DNA of 64,000 nt from an uncultured virus (IMG/VR IMGVR_UViG_3300050343_000139) (lineage: Duplodnaviria; Heunggongvirae; Uroviricota; Caudoviricetes). Position 1 is the first letter of the stretch. Each line of letters starts with the position of its first letter. Below are positions 46,910 to 58,213 of this stretch, piece by piece. Below the pieces are notes generated by a model. The model was not told the DNA's origin. It ran no database searches and saw only the letters and a list, made by a program, of their open reading frames with translations. The stretch is from the IMG/VR virus record IMGVR_UViG_3300050343_000139. One strand, written 5' to 3'. The translations under genes were made by a program, and so were the position numbers.

Positions 46910-49900
46910 TTATCCTATGTGTATTGAACCTGCGTTTATTGTAAGTGTACCAGCTATAGTTGCTCCAGATGCAACAAGTGTTCCATTTTCATCAACACTA
47001 AAATTTGCACCACCAAATGTATTTGCACCCATAAATAACCTGCCATTGCTATCTACTTGAAATGCATCAGTTCCTATATCTATTGTACCAGCTTCTAAAT
47101 CGCCTCTAAAGGTACCATTATTGAACTCTACTGAACCGTCATTATTCAATATAAATCCAGTAGAACCAGCGGAATAATTGCCTTTAATAACAGTATTACC
47201 ACCATCTAATTCTAAATTGCCTGCTGATAGTTTATCACTAGCTATTGTCCAACCACCAATACTCCCTGTAGTAGCAGAGATATTACCTCTTATAACAGCA
47301 TCTGAAATCTCTATAAAACCATCTGTATATGTTGCGTCTGTCTTTTTAATAATCCAACCAGAAGTACCTGCTACATAATTATCAGATTGTATCGTGTCAC
47401 TAATTTTTGCATTCGTAATTGCAGCATCAGTTATTTTTGCGGTTGTTACTGCAAGGTTGTTTATCTTTGCCTCAGTAATTGCAGCATCAGATATGTTTGC
47501 TGTTGCTACTAAATTACCATTAGAAGATTGCTCATCAGAGGGTATGGATTCATTTCCAGCAATATCTACTGCACTAAATCTAAAATAATGAGTAGAGCCA
47601 TTTGGCATTTGCACTTCACCAACTACAGGTATTTCATCTCTTATGTGCGAAGAAGTTGCTGGTAACTCACCTATTTTATATTGAGTCTTGTCGTTTAAAG
47701 TACTAAGAGAGAAACCAGAAGTTGTAGAAGCATATACATTGAGATGGTCTATATCAGCCGATAAAGTAAAATTTGTAATACTACTTATAGGAGTTCCTTG
47801 TGCATTTTGAGCTCTTCCCAAACTATGAACTATTTGAACACGCATAGCACCTGAAGCTATTGTGTCAGCTGGACCAGGTTTTTCTGGTGCAACAGTATCT
47901 ACAGCTGTAGTTACAGAACCTGTTGCATATTGAGAGTAATTACCATTAGATAAAACTGCTGCTACACCAACTTCATAAGTCGTTGCTAACTGAAGACCTT
48001 CAATTGTAAAATCATTTTCAGACCAGTTTATTGTTGAGTAAGAAAAATCACCTGTTGAATTTACTGGTTTATACCTTATTAAGTAATGTAGACCATTTTG
48101 TATTGGAGTATTATTGTCATAGTTTGGCTCATCCCAAGTAACTTTTATCAATGATTGGTTTACACCTAATGCATCAATCATTGTTGTTGAGACTAGATTA
48201 ATATCACCTGTTACTCCAGTTGTCGGATGTTTAGGTCTTAATGGTTCATAAATTCTGGTACCAGAAACTACTCCTACTGTAGGTGCGGTAAATCTTAAAT
48301 CATCGCCTATTCTTTTTTGTATATCTCCAATATCTAAAGATGTATTACCAGTTTCCCAGGATACATACTCAGATAAATCTACATACTCAACTCTGTATGG
48401 ACTAGTAGAAACAAGTCTTCTTAAATATACTCCATAACCATCTTTGATTGGCCATGTTATACCAGTAATTCTTATTTTTTCAGGATTTATTATCTCACCA
48501 CGATATGCTACCTCATATAAACTATTTCTACCATCTTCAATTCTTTTTTCTTCAGTATCTTCAAATCTTATTTCCGGGTCATATACGTATATCATATCTC
48601 CGACATTAAAATCTCCTTGTATGTCATAGTCTTCAAGAGATAAGGATAAAGATTTTTTAATCTTTTTAAACTCATTTAAGAAAGCTTCAGCTCTACTTTG
48701 TCTAGACACTGAAGGCATATTGGGTTCTGATACAAATTGAACCCTTTCTAATTCTGCACCAAATAAATCTCTATACGGAGTATTGTCATCAAAGGCTTCG
48801 GCAAAGTCAGCATTCTGTGAATTAGCTGCATTATTAACAAGATACTCAACACCAGAAACGTAATCTTCTGCCTCAAATTGTGAAGTAATACTTTCTGGAT
48901 TTAGACCAACAATACTTGGGTCTTCACCACTGCTATTTCTTGATATTAAAGCAGGTGGTTCATTAGTACCGTGTCCTTGGAATAAGACTTCTGCTGTTGC
49001 AGCATCTAATGTAGCATCATTGTTAACTCTAAATTCTACATCTAGATTTTGACAAACCCTTTCTATAGCTGATAGAGCAGATTCTACATAATGTTCACCA
49101 TTGTACAAACCAGTGGTAGATGTAACTGTTAAAGCAGATGAAGGAGGAGTAAAGTCAGCTGTATACAATGCTGTACCTTTTGTAATTCTAAAGTCATCTA
49201 TGTAACCATGAAAATAGTCAGCTCCTTGAGAACGTCCTATCGAAAATTTTAGATTGCCATCTCTTGTATTTCTAGCAATTGATTTTGTAGATTGCCATTC
49301 ATCTTGTTTAACACCATTTTTAAAAGTTTTAAAAGTATTACCTTCTCTTGTAATAGAAAAATGATTCCATTGACCATAATCAATTGAGCCTAAGTCTTTA
49401 CCATCAGCTATGTCATAAGTACCACTATCAACAGAACCTGATATATTAGCCTGTCCTAAAAAACTTTTAATATAAACTTTAGAATTAGCATTGCCGTCAG
49501 TATTCAGACCTAATATCATTGCAGGTGTTTGCCCGTCTGGGTTTGTAGCGAATACAGCACCGTGTTTAGTAGCAGCTCTAATTGTTGTTGAAACATTTGA
49601 ACCGTGATACCATCTTTCGTTAGGAACCCAGTACTGTGAATAATTTTGTTGAAATAAAGGGTCTTGCTCCCAAGCTAATACACTTCCACCTGGGTCTGTT
49701 TCGAATAAAGACCTATTACCTGTGTAATAATCTGGATAAATAATATTTGGGTCATTTGCAACATTTTGTGCTGAGGATAAGCTTCCTGTCCAGAAATCAA
49801 TAGCAGGTGTTGGAGTAGAGTTATTATTTGTATTAATTATATTAGAAGATACTGGAGGACTTGAACTAACAACTTTTGGAGAGTTATTAGTAGTAGGTAG

Positions 49901-50893
49901 AAATTTACTTCTTGTATCAAAAGAAGGTTTTGCTTTAAAGAAAGTAGATAATATTGGGGCTCCTTGATACCAATTAGGTTGTGTCACTGGGTCAATATTT
50001 TGTGCAACAGTTCTAGTACCACCAGTTCCTAGAAGTTCATCTATATCATCATTTCGTCTATTGACTATACCTACATCCCACCAAGGAATAGACCTGTTAC
50101 CTCTTATAGCAAGAAACATTAATGCATATGCTGGACCATTATAAGCAACTAAATGAGATTCAGCAGTTACTGCTGTACCGTCTACATCTTTATAAAGATG
50201 AGCAAAGAAACTAGATGCAAACCCATTTTCTCCTCTATGGTAGCAAACACTAACCATCATATCGAAATGCTTTTGAGCTAGTGCTGTGTCATATGGAAAC
50301 GCATCTTCATGTCCATTAAAAACTGCTTTAACTTTATTTACATAAGGTAAAACTTTATTATTTATAAGTAAGCTAGAGGCTAATGTTTCACTAAATCTTT
50401 GATTACTAACAGTAGAGTCATTACCAGTATATTTAAGTCTTATTCCTTTATCATCTATTAGAGTATTGGAGGAGTTAAAAAACCCACCCCCTAATCTTGT
50501 TGTTGCTGTAGAGTCTGAGAAAGATACAGGAAATGTATAAGTAACTCCATTTATTTCTATTCCAGTTTCATAAATTTGATGATATAAATCTACTAATTTT
50601 GGCCGACCGTTAAATGTATGACCGTATCCAACAGTTAATGTTCCTCTTATAGATGAATGAAAATTAGGGTCATAGGGTACCCTTCCAAAGAATGAGTTAT
50701 GAGCAGTATACACAGTTTGTCCAGAAGGAGTAGGGTCGTTATCTTCATAAGTGTATTTACCTTTATCTGGTCCTACTGTAATTAAAACAGGATAAGCATC
50801 ATCATATACGAATGGTACGAATCCTTCGTGAGATTTGAGGTTAGTTATACCTTGAGCAGATAACTGTGCATTAGCTAAATCAAATTGAGGCAT
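46910..50893 (-). CDS. tail hub/central fibre protein with N-terminal lysozyme (GH24-like), half-LamG and Fn3 domains
   Basis: LKSHEG...YDD...TVGYGH...FD.MVS..Y..G...G..NRR; W.H..ITREG...GYIDDFRITKG.A.YT..FTPP; Fn3; AIT.AKI repeats. Confidence 0.8.
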   Translation of the reverse strand: MPQFDLANAQLSAQGITNLKSHEGFVPFVYDDAYPVLITVGPDKGKYTYEDNDPTPSGQTVYTAHNSFFGRVPYDPNFHSSIRGTLTVGYGHTFNGRPKLVDLYHQIYETGIEINGVTYTFPVSFSDSTATTRLGGGFFNSSNTLIDDKGIRLKYTGNDSTVSNQRFSETLASSLLINNKVLPYVNKVKAVFNGHEDAFPYDTALAQKHFDMMVSVCYHRGENGFASSFFAHLYKDVDGTAVTAESHLVAYNGPAYALMFLAIRGNRSIPWWDVGIVNRRNDDIDELLGTGGTRTVAQNIDPVTQPNWYQGAPILSTFFKAKPSFDTRSKFLPTTNNSPKVVSSSPPVSSNIINTNNNSTPTPAIDFWTGSLSSAQNVANDPNIIYPDYYTGNRSLFETDPGGSVLAWEQDPLFQQNYSQYWVPNERWYHGSNVSTTIRAATKHGAVFATNPDGQTPAMILGLNTDGNANSKVYIKSFLGQANISGSVDSGTYDIADGKDLGSIDYGQWNHFSITREGNTFKTFKNGVKQDEWQSTKSIARNTRDGNLKFSIGRSQGADYFHGYIDDFRITKGTALYTADFTPPSSALTVTSTTGLYNGEHYVESALSAIERVCQNLDVEFRVNNDATLDAATAEVLFQGHGTNEPPALISRNSSGEDPSIVGLNPESITSQFEAEDYVSGVEYLVNNAANSQNADFAEAFDDNTPYRDLFGAELERVQFVSEPNMPSVSRQSRAEAFLNEFKKIKKSLSLSLEDYDIQGDFNVGDMIYVYDPEIRFEDTEEKRIEDGRNSLYEVAYRGEIINPEKIRITGITWPIKDGYGVYLRRLVSTSPYRVEYVDLSEYVSWETGNTSLDIGDIQKRIGDDLRFTAPTVGVVSGTRIYEPLRPKHPTTGVTGDINLVSTTMIDALGVNQSLIKVTWDEPNYDNNTPIQNGLHYLIRYKPVNSTGDFSYSTINWSENDFTIEGLQLATTYEVGVAAVLSNGNYSQYATGSVTTAVDTVAPEKPGPADTIASGAMRVQIVHSLGRAQNAQGTPISSITNFTLSADIDHLNVYASTTSGFSLSTLNDKTQYKIGELPATSSHIRDEIPVVGEVQMPNGSTHYFRFSAVDIAGNESIPSDEQSSNGNLVATANISDAAITEAKINNLAVTTAKITDAAITNAKISDTIQSDNYVAGTSGWIIKKTDATYTDGFIEISDAVIRGNISATTGSIGGWTIASDKLSAGNLELDGGNTVIKGNYSAGSTGFILNNDGSVEFNNGTFRGDLEAGTIDIGTDAFQVDSNGRLFMGANTFGGANFSVDENGTLVASGATIAGTLTINAGSIHIG

Positions 50894-50897
50894 ACTA

Positions 50898-51590
50898 TCA
50901 CGGGGTTAACCTATACTCCCACCATTCGATAGTAAAATCTCTATCGTCTACATTCAGAACGTTAGAGTAGTCTATTTCAAGGTGGTCATTCTCATCATTC
51001 AAATAAAGTGATGTATTCCCAAATTTAATCTGAGCATCAGATATTTGTGCATTATCATAAAAAGTTATTGCGTGATTATTAGAACTAGCATCTGTTGTAG
51101 TAACATCCCCGTTAGTTCCTTCAAAATTTAAAAGTAATTGAGTGTCTTCTTTTGATGGATTAGTAATTGTTCCAGCTCTAATAGCTCTTAAAGCTCCTGA
51201 CTTTCCCTCTCTAAGTAAACCAAAAGGTGTTCCATTTATATTATCTAGAACATATTCTAGAGTTTTTTCTTGATAATTTCTTTTAGAAGAAAGTCCGCCT
51301 TTTTCAGCAATTGGTAAACCCCTTGTGTCGCTGTCACCAAGATATGAAACTAGTCCTGTTCCCTCTATTCCAACACCATCATCATCAATTTCTAATCCTT
51401 GTATAATTCCTATATATTCACTAGCAGAAATCATACTTGCATCATCTAACTCTTCTTCAGAAACTCTAGTTGGCATTACGACTATATGGTCATAAGGCTG
51501 AATTGAATTCACTACTGAGTTTGGAACCAATGACATATCTAGATTTACACTAAATACACCAGGTGCCATTAATTTTTGTGTTACACTCAT
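50898..51590 (-). CDS. minor tail protein ending in the N-terminal half of a LamG domain
   Basis: LLLNFEG.NG....D.S.N.H.IT....QIS..Q.KFG..SLY...DFTIEWW. Confidence 0.75.
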   Translation of the reverse strand: MSVTQKLMAPGVFSVNLDMSLVPNSVVNSIQPYDHIVVMPTRVSEEELDDASMISASEYIGIIQGLEIDDDGVGIEGTGLVSYLGDSDTRGLPIAEKGGLSSKRNYQEKTLEYVLDNINGTPFGLLREGKSGALRAIRAGTITNPSKEDTQLLLNFEGTNGDVTTTDASSNNHAITFYDNAQISDAQIKFGNTSLYLNDENDHLEIDYSNVLNVDDRDFTIEWWEYRLTP

Positions 51591-52855
51591 CCCTTTATAA
51601 CTCTACAGTATTCAGATACATTATCTAAGTATTGGTCCCTAACATTATCGGATTCATTATGTGTAGAAAGAGTTCCATCTTGATTGTAAAACTCATAACC
51701 TACAAAAGCTTTAAATTGAGTACCAGCTGCACTTGGGTAAATTAAACCCCTAGTTGTATCTGAACTGAACGTTGAAGGCGAACCAAATATAACTTTATTA
51801 CCATCTACATCTAAAGATGTTTTCTTTAAATAACCAGTTGAAGAAGTCATTGCTGTTGCTGATGATAGTCCAAGATTTAATCTTGAAACTGCTGGAGATT
51901 GGTTGATTATTACTGAAGCATGATGAGCACCTCTTCTTAAAGAAATGTCTACAGTAAGTCTTCCCTGTCCGTCTGCTTCATAATTAGAGGTAAGCCTAAT
52001 TATTCCTAGCTCAGGTAGGTTTCTCAATACTTGTATAGTATTCCATCCTCTAAATTCTGTTGATAGTTGTTGTCCAGATGTAGGTGTGCCTCTATGTATA
52101 GAGTATTCATAATCACTCTGATAAGCTGATTGGTCCCAAATGTAAGTAGTAAACCTACTTTGAGTGGGTTGATTACCTATAACGATTCTCATTATTCCAT
52201 TCTCTATTACAGAGTTTCCTGGATTATTAGGGCTATTAAGACCGTTTCTGGTTAAGTTGTTTGTTGTTATTTTTACAGCTCCTTTATAAAAGTCTGAAGT
52301 GTTTACATGAAACTGTGCATTTTCAGTACGAAGATTCTGACTTGTTTTAAAATATAAATTAACTGAATCTTGTGTGTTTGTAGTCGTTAAATCAGCAGCA
52401 ACTCTTACGTTGCTTTCTGGATTGCTTGTATGATAATAGTTGTAATGATTAGCTGGAGGAGTATGAAACTGTTGAGTTGTAGAGGTTATACCATGGTCAT
52501 TATCTAAAAGCTTACCTGTTATAACTGATTCTTTAACTACTTCACCAACTTTTCCTAGATATTTCATATCTACTGAATAATTAATACCGCCGATACTGTA
52601 TCTAGAAATGTCTATATTTGAACTAGATACCTCTACGAAGCCATTGAAACTCGAATCCCCATCATATTCAAAAGGAACGTAGTAACCAGATTGAGCCATT
52701 GACACTAATTCGTCTCTAATATATTTTGCAGTTTCTAAATTAGTTTCTGCTAGTTTACCAGATATATTTAGAGTTCTGTTTCCTCCACTACCTTCAAAAC
52801 CTAATTGTGATGGTGATGTTAAGCTTACTCTTCCAATGTGTACTTGATTAGCCAT
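51587..52855 (-). CDS. distal/minor tail protein
   Basis: Position right after the tape measure; beta-rich. Confidence 0.65.
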   Translation of the reverse strand: MANQVHIGRVSLTSPSQLGFEGSGGNRTLNISGKLAETNLETAKYIRDELVSMAQSGYYVPFEYDGDSSFNGFVEVSSSNIDISRYSIGGINYSVDMKYLGKVGEVVKESVITGKLLDNDHGITSTTQQFHTPPANHYNYYHTSNPESNVRVAADLTTTNTQDSVNLYFKTSQNLRTENAQFHVNTSDFYKGAVKITTNNLTRNGLNSPNNPGNSVIENGIMRIVIGNQPTQSRFTTYIWDQSAYQSDYEYSIHRGTPTSGQQLSTEFRGWNTIQVLRNLPELGIIRLTSNYEADGQGRLTVDISLRRGAHHASVIINQSPAVSRLNLGLSSATAMTSSTGYLKKTSLDVDGNKVIFGSPSTFSSDTTRGLIYPSAAGTQFKAFVGYEFYNQDGTLSTHNESDNVRDQYLDNVSEYCRVIKG

Positions 52856-55800
52856 TTAATTTCTCCTTAATCCTGTTCCCGCATTACCTTCTTTATCTAA
52901 CTTTCTTAAAGCTTTACTTATTTGTTGAGCTGCTTTTCTAGCAGATATTGGGTCTGATGGAACTCCTGTTACATTTACATTCAGGTTTTGTACAACAGTA
53001 CCACCTCCACCAGTAGAAAGTGGTTTTACTAAGAAACCATTTCCAGGTATGAATTTTACTTCTTCTGGACCATACTCGCCAACAAGAGCTCGTTTCATTA
53101 CATCTCCACGACCTCCATATTTATATTTTTTAACGCGTCCACCCATTGCCATACCAGTAATATAATCTGGTAATCCATATAGAGCACTAGAAGAAACTTC
53201 TCTTATTTGCTCTTTTATATATTCAGGAAGAGAAGTGTAATTAGGAACCTGATTGCTAAAAGGATTTCTTTTAGGATTTGTTTTTTTACTTGGACTTGAA
53301 GGTTCGATTATTGGTTCTGAATCGGGGTCGTCTTTTTCTAACTGCTTAACAACTTCGTCTTCTATTGGTTTTGTAGCAGCTGTATCTAGACCACTCAAAT
53401 CACCTATGTTATCTAAAGTATATTTAACAGCGTTACCTAAGTCGTTGTATCTATCAGTCAGTCCTAAAAGTCTAGTAACAAATTCTCCATCACTTGCTAT
53501 CTGTAAATTAAAGGCTGCTCTTGCAGATTCTAATCTTAAATCAGCATCTAGCACTCTTTCTTTAGCTTCACCTAAAGAATTAGTTGCAATTGTTAAGTCA
53601 ACATCTAGCAACTCTTCTTCTTCTATCAATCTATTATTTTCTTGACGCAGACTAACTAACTCATCGCTAATAGCTTTTGCGTCCTCTATAGCTTGACTGT
53701 TATCTTTTTGAGCTTGCGTTAGTTCAAGTAATGATAATTTTCTTTCATCATCTGATAAGTTTTCACCTTTCATTGCTGATAAATCTTCTTCAGCAGCGGC
53801 AAGTTCTAGATTGCTTACAACACCTTTATTGTTTAGAAGTCTAAGGTCAGCTAGTTCTTCTTCTTTTTTAAATATAGCTAAGTTTTCTCCAGCAGTTCTT
53901 ACACCGTTTATTTTGTCTATTTGTTTCTGTATGTCTAATTTATTTCTAAGAAGTCCTATCTCTTCCTTGACAGTAATATTATTAACTCGACCAGATATTT
54001 CTGCTTTTCTAAGAGCTTCTGTATTTTTTGTTAGTCTTTCTTGGAAAGTAGCTCTGTCCCTTAATACCTGAAGATATTCATGTTCTGCGGTAATTAGTCC
54101 TCTTCGTGCTTGTGCAACTCCTCTGATTGCTCCAGTAAGTTGTGTTAATGCTGAAAAATCTTTTTGAGCTTGAGAAACAACATCTTGTATTGTTAATGGT
54201 AAGTTTTTAAATATTTCTTTGAAAGATGCTTCTAAATCTGGAGCTTTTCTTTTTATACCAGCAATAACACCATCAATCATAGGCATACCAATTTGTCTCA
54301 TTGTAAACATAGATGGTGATTTTATTCCTAAGTAGTCTTTTACTTCTTCTATAGATTTTATAAATACATCTCTAAAGATTCCAACCATGTCATCTTTTTT
54401 AGACTCGATACCTGCAATAATTCCAGCGGTTAAATCCCCACCTAATCCGTAAGCATCTTCATTAATTGAACCATCAACAACTCCATCATTTATGGCTCTC
54501 CTTACTTGTTCCTGTAGTTCTGGTCCAACATTTTGTAGTAACTGAGCTTCAACAGTACCTGCCATTTGTGGTGTAGCCAGAGCTGCCTTTAATTGGTCCA
54601 TAGCTGCTGGTCCAACTTCTGCGAATTGTTTTGCTAATAAAGGTGCGAATACTGAAAGTTCTTTTACAAGTTCACTGAATTCAGACTGTAGACTTATCTT
54701 CTTTTTAAGTCTTAAAGCAAAATCTTCAAAAGTTCCCAACATCTTTTCAGGTGCATCCCTAAATATATTTATGGCACCTTCCATACCATTTTTTAATTGG
54801 TCTTCAATCGTTTCTATAATAGTTATAAAAGCTTCATCGGTCATACCGAGTTCTTCTCTCATATTTTTAACATTGTCAGCAGCAGAACCAAACTGTTCTT
54901 TAGTTAGTCGAGCAACTAGTTCAGCAGCACCTTCGTAATCTTTTGCTGCATCAATTTGTGCATCAAAGTCAAGAGCTCCAGATGCTACAAGAGTTTTCTG
55001 TGTCTTGTTTAAATAAGAGATTCTTGCTTGAACAATAGCAGCAGTCTTTTTAAATTGTATTTCTCCACCATCAATTATTTCTTTAAGAGTAAGACCAGAG
55101 ACTTTTGTTAAAGTGTCTGCAACTAAATCTAAACCTGCTGCAATTTCTATAGATTCTTCTTTACTTAAATCACCGAGGATATTTTCAAAAGCTTTACTTC
55201 CTTTTATTTTATCTGCAGCTTCAAAAGTTTCATCCATAATTCCAGATATTCCAAAGGCTCCACCTGCTTTAGCAGTAAACTTATTTTCTCTTCCAGTAAT
55301 CTTAGTCAAAGCAGAGTTGACTGAATCTAAAAATCTACCTGCTTCCCCATCTATAAGTTCTTCTGTATCAGGACCTCCAAATAAAGAATTTGAAAAAGCT
55401 TGGTCTATTGCTCCTAGAACTCCTCCATCGAATTCTCTATTAATTTTTCTAAGTTTTTCACCTAGCTCTGGTCCAAAAGCTGTTTCATCCCCAAGTAAAT
55501 CATCTAAAATTGTATTAATAGTTGGAAGTCGACCATTGTCTATATCTGTGACAAGACCTGATAAGGAACGTGAATACTGGTCTTTAAAGGTATCTATGTC
55601 TCTACCGAGTAATGCTGCAGTGGATTTCAGTTGAAAATCAATATCACCACCTGGTCCTCGTGCAGATTCTAACATTGGTAAAAGTAAGTCAGCTGAAGAT
55701 TGTTTTATACCTTCTTTACCAACCTCTATAGCTTTAGTAATATTAGCTATTCTTGAATCGATAGTATTTAGAATTTGTTCATCTGCACCAAGTCTAGATT

Positions 55801-58201
55801 CTTCAGCTCTAATAGCTTTTAATGCTTCTAAGTCTGCCATTGCTTTACTAAGTTCTAAAGTATTTTCAACGACAGAACCTTGTCCTTGTGTTAATGCTTC
55901 TATACTTCTCTGAGCAGCACCAGCTCTTTCAAAAATTTGAAATATAAATTGAAATGCTGCTAAATAAACAGCCATTCTTGCAAAAGCTTTAACTGCTCCA
56001 GTTATAGCAACGGCTACAGATTGTATACCTAAAGATAAAGTAGCAGCAGCTGCTTGTGCCCCTTTAGATAAAGTGACCGTCTTACCAAGTTGAGCATTGT
56101 ACATTTGTTGTAACGTAATACCTTCTTTTGTCATTAAGCCAATCTGTTTCCAATAACTTAATCCAGACGTTTGTAATATTTTATAATGTGACGCTAATTC
56201 TAAAGTTCCTTTGCTAAACACTTTTTGAGCTAATGTTAACCTAGTGTAACTTTGTAATTCTCTTTCTCTCAAAGGAATAGTTTCTGTAAAAGCAGCTTTT
56301 TGTAGTTTTCGAGACTTTATAAATGTAGTTATTAATTCTTTCTGTTTGTTTATTTTTTGTTGAGTACCTTTTATAAAACCTTTGACTCCTTTTAATTGTT
56401 CAGAATTGGTTTTATTTATAGATAGTTGTAGTTTTTTTTCAAAAGCTAGTCTTTTAATTTGAGCATCACTCGTAGGAGCGAATTCACCAGTTCTTGATGT
56501 TGAGCTACCTTGTGCACTAACACTACGTTTTGACTGTGTCTGTACTACTGGTGTACCTGCTGTAAGTTGAAGTTGCTTTGAACGGCTCAGCTGGGCCTGA
56601 ACAGTTACTAACTTAGTAAGACTGTTTATAGTTTTTTGTATTAAAAGAATACCCTTTTTCCTTGCAAGATTAACTCTTCCAATTGCTTTTTCTTGAAGTT
56701 TTTCACCACTAACATCTGTAACTCTACCTGGTTTTGCAAGAGGATTGCCTGTATTAAATACTAAACCACCACGTCTTCCACCAATCCCAGCAAGAAATGC
56801 TGTCTGCTGTGCAGTGAAAGCAGCTTGTTGTCCTGTAGCAACAGCTAGAGAAGCTGCATACATTTCAGTATCTTTAGCTAAAAGTTTAAAGTTATTTCTA
56901 GCTGTTTTAGTAAACTGTATAATTCCAAAAGCTGTACCTAAAAATTTTGTTAAGGTTGTAACCGTTTTACCTATATCTGAGGTTGCGGTGACAAAAGATA
57001 ACAATCCTTGAATTACATTATTTACAGCAGGAAGAAATTGTGAACCAAATTCTATACCAGCATCTTGAACTGTATTAGTTAGCATTCCTATTTGTGATAT
57101 GACAGTCTCGTATTTTCTTTCTGCTTCTGTTAGAAGTGCATTATTTTCTAAAAATTCTTGGTTAGCCATATCAAGAGCAGCTATAAGAAGTGGTGTTGAT
57201 TTACCTCCAACACTTTCTTGCGCTCTAGATAAAGCCATCAAGGCCCTCCTAGAACGTATTTGTCCTAGTGATAAATCTTCCAAAACTCCAATAGCATCCC
57301 CACCACTTTTTTCTAAATCTCCTAGACCAGCTAAGAATAAAGCAATAGCTCTATTTGGGTCAACAGATTCAAGTGCTCTAAATGAATCTTCAGTCATACC
57401 TGCTGTTTTTGCTAATAGTGATAAGTTTGGTCCTCCAGATTTAGCAGCTCTATCTACTACACCAATCAATCTGATTATTGCTGTGGAACCTGCTTGTGCT
57501 GGCTGACCTATTGCTCTTAATGAAGTTGCATATGCTAAAGCATCAACTGCTGCATTATTAAATTCATTTGAGGTACCTGCAGTTGCTGTTGCTATCTGTG
57601 TAGCAGCAGTGATAATTTCTGATTCAGTAGTTGCAAAGTTATTACCTAACTTAACAAGTGTGGAAGCTAGGTTATCTAAATCATTAGTAGCTAGTCCAGT
57701 TATTTTTTGAAGTCTTGCTAGAGATAGTGCTGCTTGTTCTGCACCTAGGTTTGTAGCAACAGTAAGTTTTTGAATAGTATCAGTAAACTTAACTATATTA
57801 TTAGCTTGAATACCTAACTGTCCACCAATTGCAGCTATTTGATTTAAAGACTCTACTGTAGCAGGGGAAAATTTAGCAATGTTTCTTATTTCTTTTGCAA
57901 TATTTGCAAACTGTCTTTCGACTTCTCTGCCTTCACCTTTTACGTCTAAAGTCTTTTTTACATCTGCGAATTGTTGTTCAAACTTTGCGGCTGCTGCTGC
58001 ACCTACAGCGAATGAAGCAACTAAAGCTCCACCTATACCAGCGAAAACTGGTGTCATAGCTTTTACAGATTGAGCTTGGGCTTTAGAGTTTTGAGCCATT
58101 CGGTTCATAGCTCTATCTACATCACGTGTAGCTCTATTTAAGCTTTTATTATCAAAGCCAACATCAAGGGTGGCCCTTACCTTTGCTGCTTCTATTGCCA
58201 T
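52856..58201 (-). CDS. tape measure protein
   Basis: 1781 aa; FE..FA.VKKT, IA..GGQLGI, LGNNFATTE.EI, EAE..Y.T..SQ; C-terminal A.GG...LVGE.GPE. Confidence 0.95.
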   Translation of the reverse strand: MAIEAAKVRATLDVGFDNKSLNRATRDVDRAMNRMAQNSKAQAQSVKAMTPVFAGIGGALVASFAVGAAAAAKFEQQFADVKKTLDVKGEGREVERQFANIAKEIRNIAKFSPATVESLNQIAAIGGQLGIQANNIVKFTDTIQKLTVATNLGAEQAALSLARLQKITGLATNDLDNLASTLVKLGNNFATTESEIITAATQIATATAGTSNEFNNAAVDALAYATSLRAIGQPAQAGSTAIIRLIGVVDRAAKSGGPNLSLLAKTAGMTEDSFRALESVDPNRAIALFLAGLGDLEKSGGDAIGVLEDLSLGQIRSRRALMALSRAQESVGGKSTPLLIAALDMANQEFLENNALLTEAERKYETVISQIGMLTNTVQDAGIEFGSQFLPAVNNVIQGLLSFVTATSDIGKTVTTLTKFLGTAFGIIQFTKTARNNFKLLAKDTEMYAASLAVATGQQAAFTAQQTAFLAGIGGRRGGLVFNTGNPLAKPGRVTDVSGEKLQEKAIGRVNLARKKGILLIQKTINSLTKLVTVQAQLSRSKQLQLTAGTPVVQTQSKRSVSAQGSSTSRTGEFAPTSDAQIKRLAFEKKLQLSINKTNSEQLKGVKGFIKGTQQKINKQKELITTFIKSRKLQKAAFTETIPLRERELQSYTRLTLAQKVFSKGTLELASHYKILQTSGLSYWKQIGLMTKEGITLQQMYNAQLGKTVTLSKGAQAAAATLSLGIQSVAVAITGAVKAFARMAVYLAAFQFIFQIFERAGAAQRSIEALTQGQGSVVENTLELSKAMADLEALKAIRAEESRLGADEQILNTIDSRIANITKAIEVGKEGIKQSSADLLLPMLESARGPGGDIDFQLKSTAALLGRDIDTFKDQYSRSLSGLVTDIDNGRLPTINTILDDLLGDETAFGPELGEKLRKINREFDGGVLGAIDQAFSNSLFGGPDTEELIDGEAGRFLDSVNSALTKITGRENKFTAKAGGAFGISGIMDETFEAADKIKGSKAFENILGDLSKEESIEIAAGLDLVADTLTKVSGLTLKEIIDGGEIQFKKTAAIVQARISYLNKTQKTLVASGALDFDAQIDAAKDYEGAAELVARLTKEQFGSAADNVKNMREELGMTDEAFITIIETIEDQLKNGMEGAINIFRDAPEKMLGTFEDFALRLKKKISLQSEFSELVKELSVFAPLLAKQFAEVGPAAMDQLKAALATPQMAGTVEAQLLQNVGPELQEQVRRAINDGVVDGSINEDAYGLGGDLTAGIIAGIESKKDDMVGIFRDVFIKSIEEVKDYLGIKSPSMFTMRQIGMPMIDGVIAGIKRKAPDLEASFKEIFKNLPLTIQDVVSQAQKDFSALTQLTGAIRGVAQARRGLITAEHEYLQVLRDRATFQERLTKNTEALRKAEISGRVNNITVKEEIGLLRNKLDIQKQIDKINGVRTAGENLAIFKKEEELADLRLLNNKGVVSNLELAAAEEDLSAMKGENLSDDERKLSLLELTQAQKDNSQAIEDAKAISDELVSLRQENNRLIEEEELLDVDLTIATNSLGEAKERVLDADLRLESARAAFNLQIASDGEFVTRLLGLTDRYNDLGNAVKYTLDNIGDLSGLDTAATKPIEDEVVKQLEKDDPDSEPIIEPSSPSKKTNPKRNPFSNQVPNYTSLPEYIKEQIREVSSSALYGLPDYITGMAMGGRVKKYKYGGRGDVMKRALVGEYGPEEVKFIPGNGFLVKPLSTGGGGTVVQNLNVNVTGVPSDPISARKAAQQISKALRKLDKEGNAGTGLRRN

Positions 58202-58213
58202 TTAACTTCCTAT

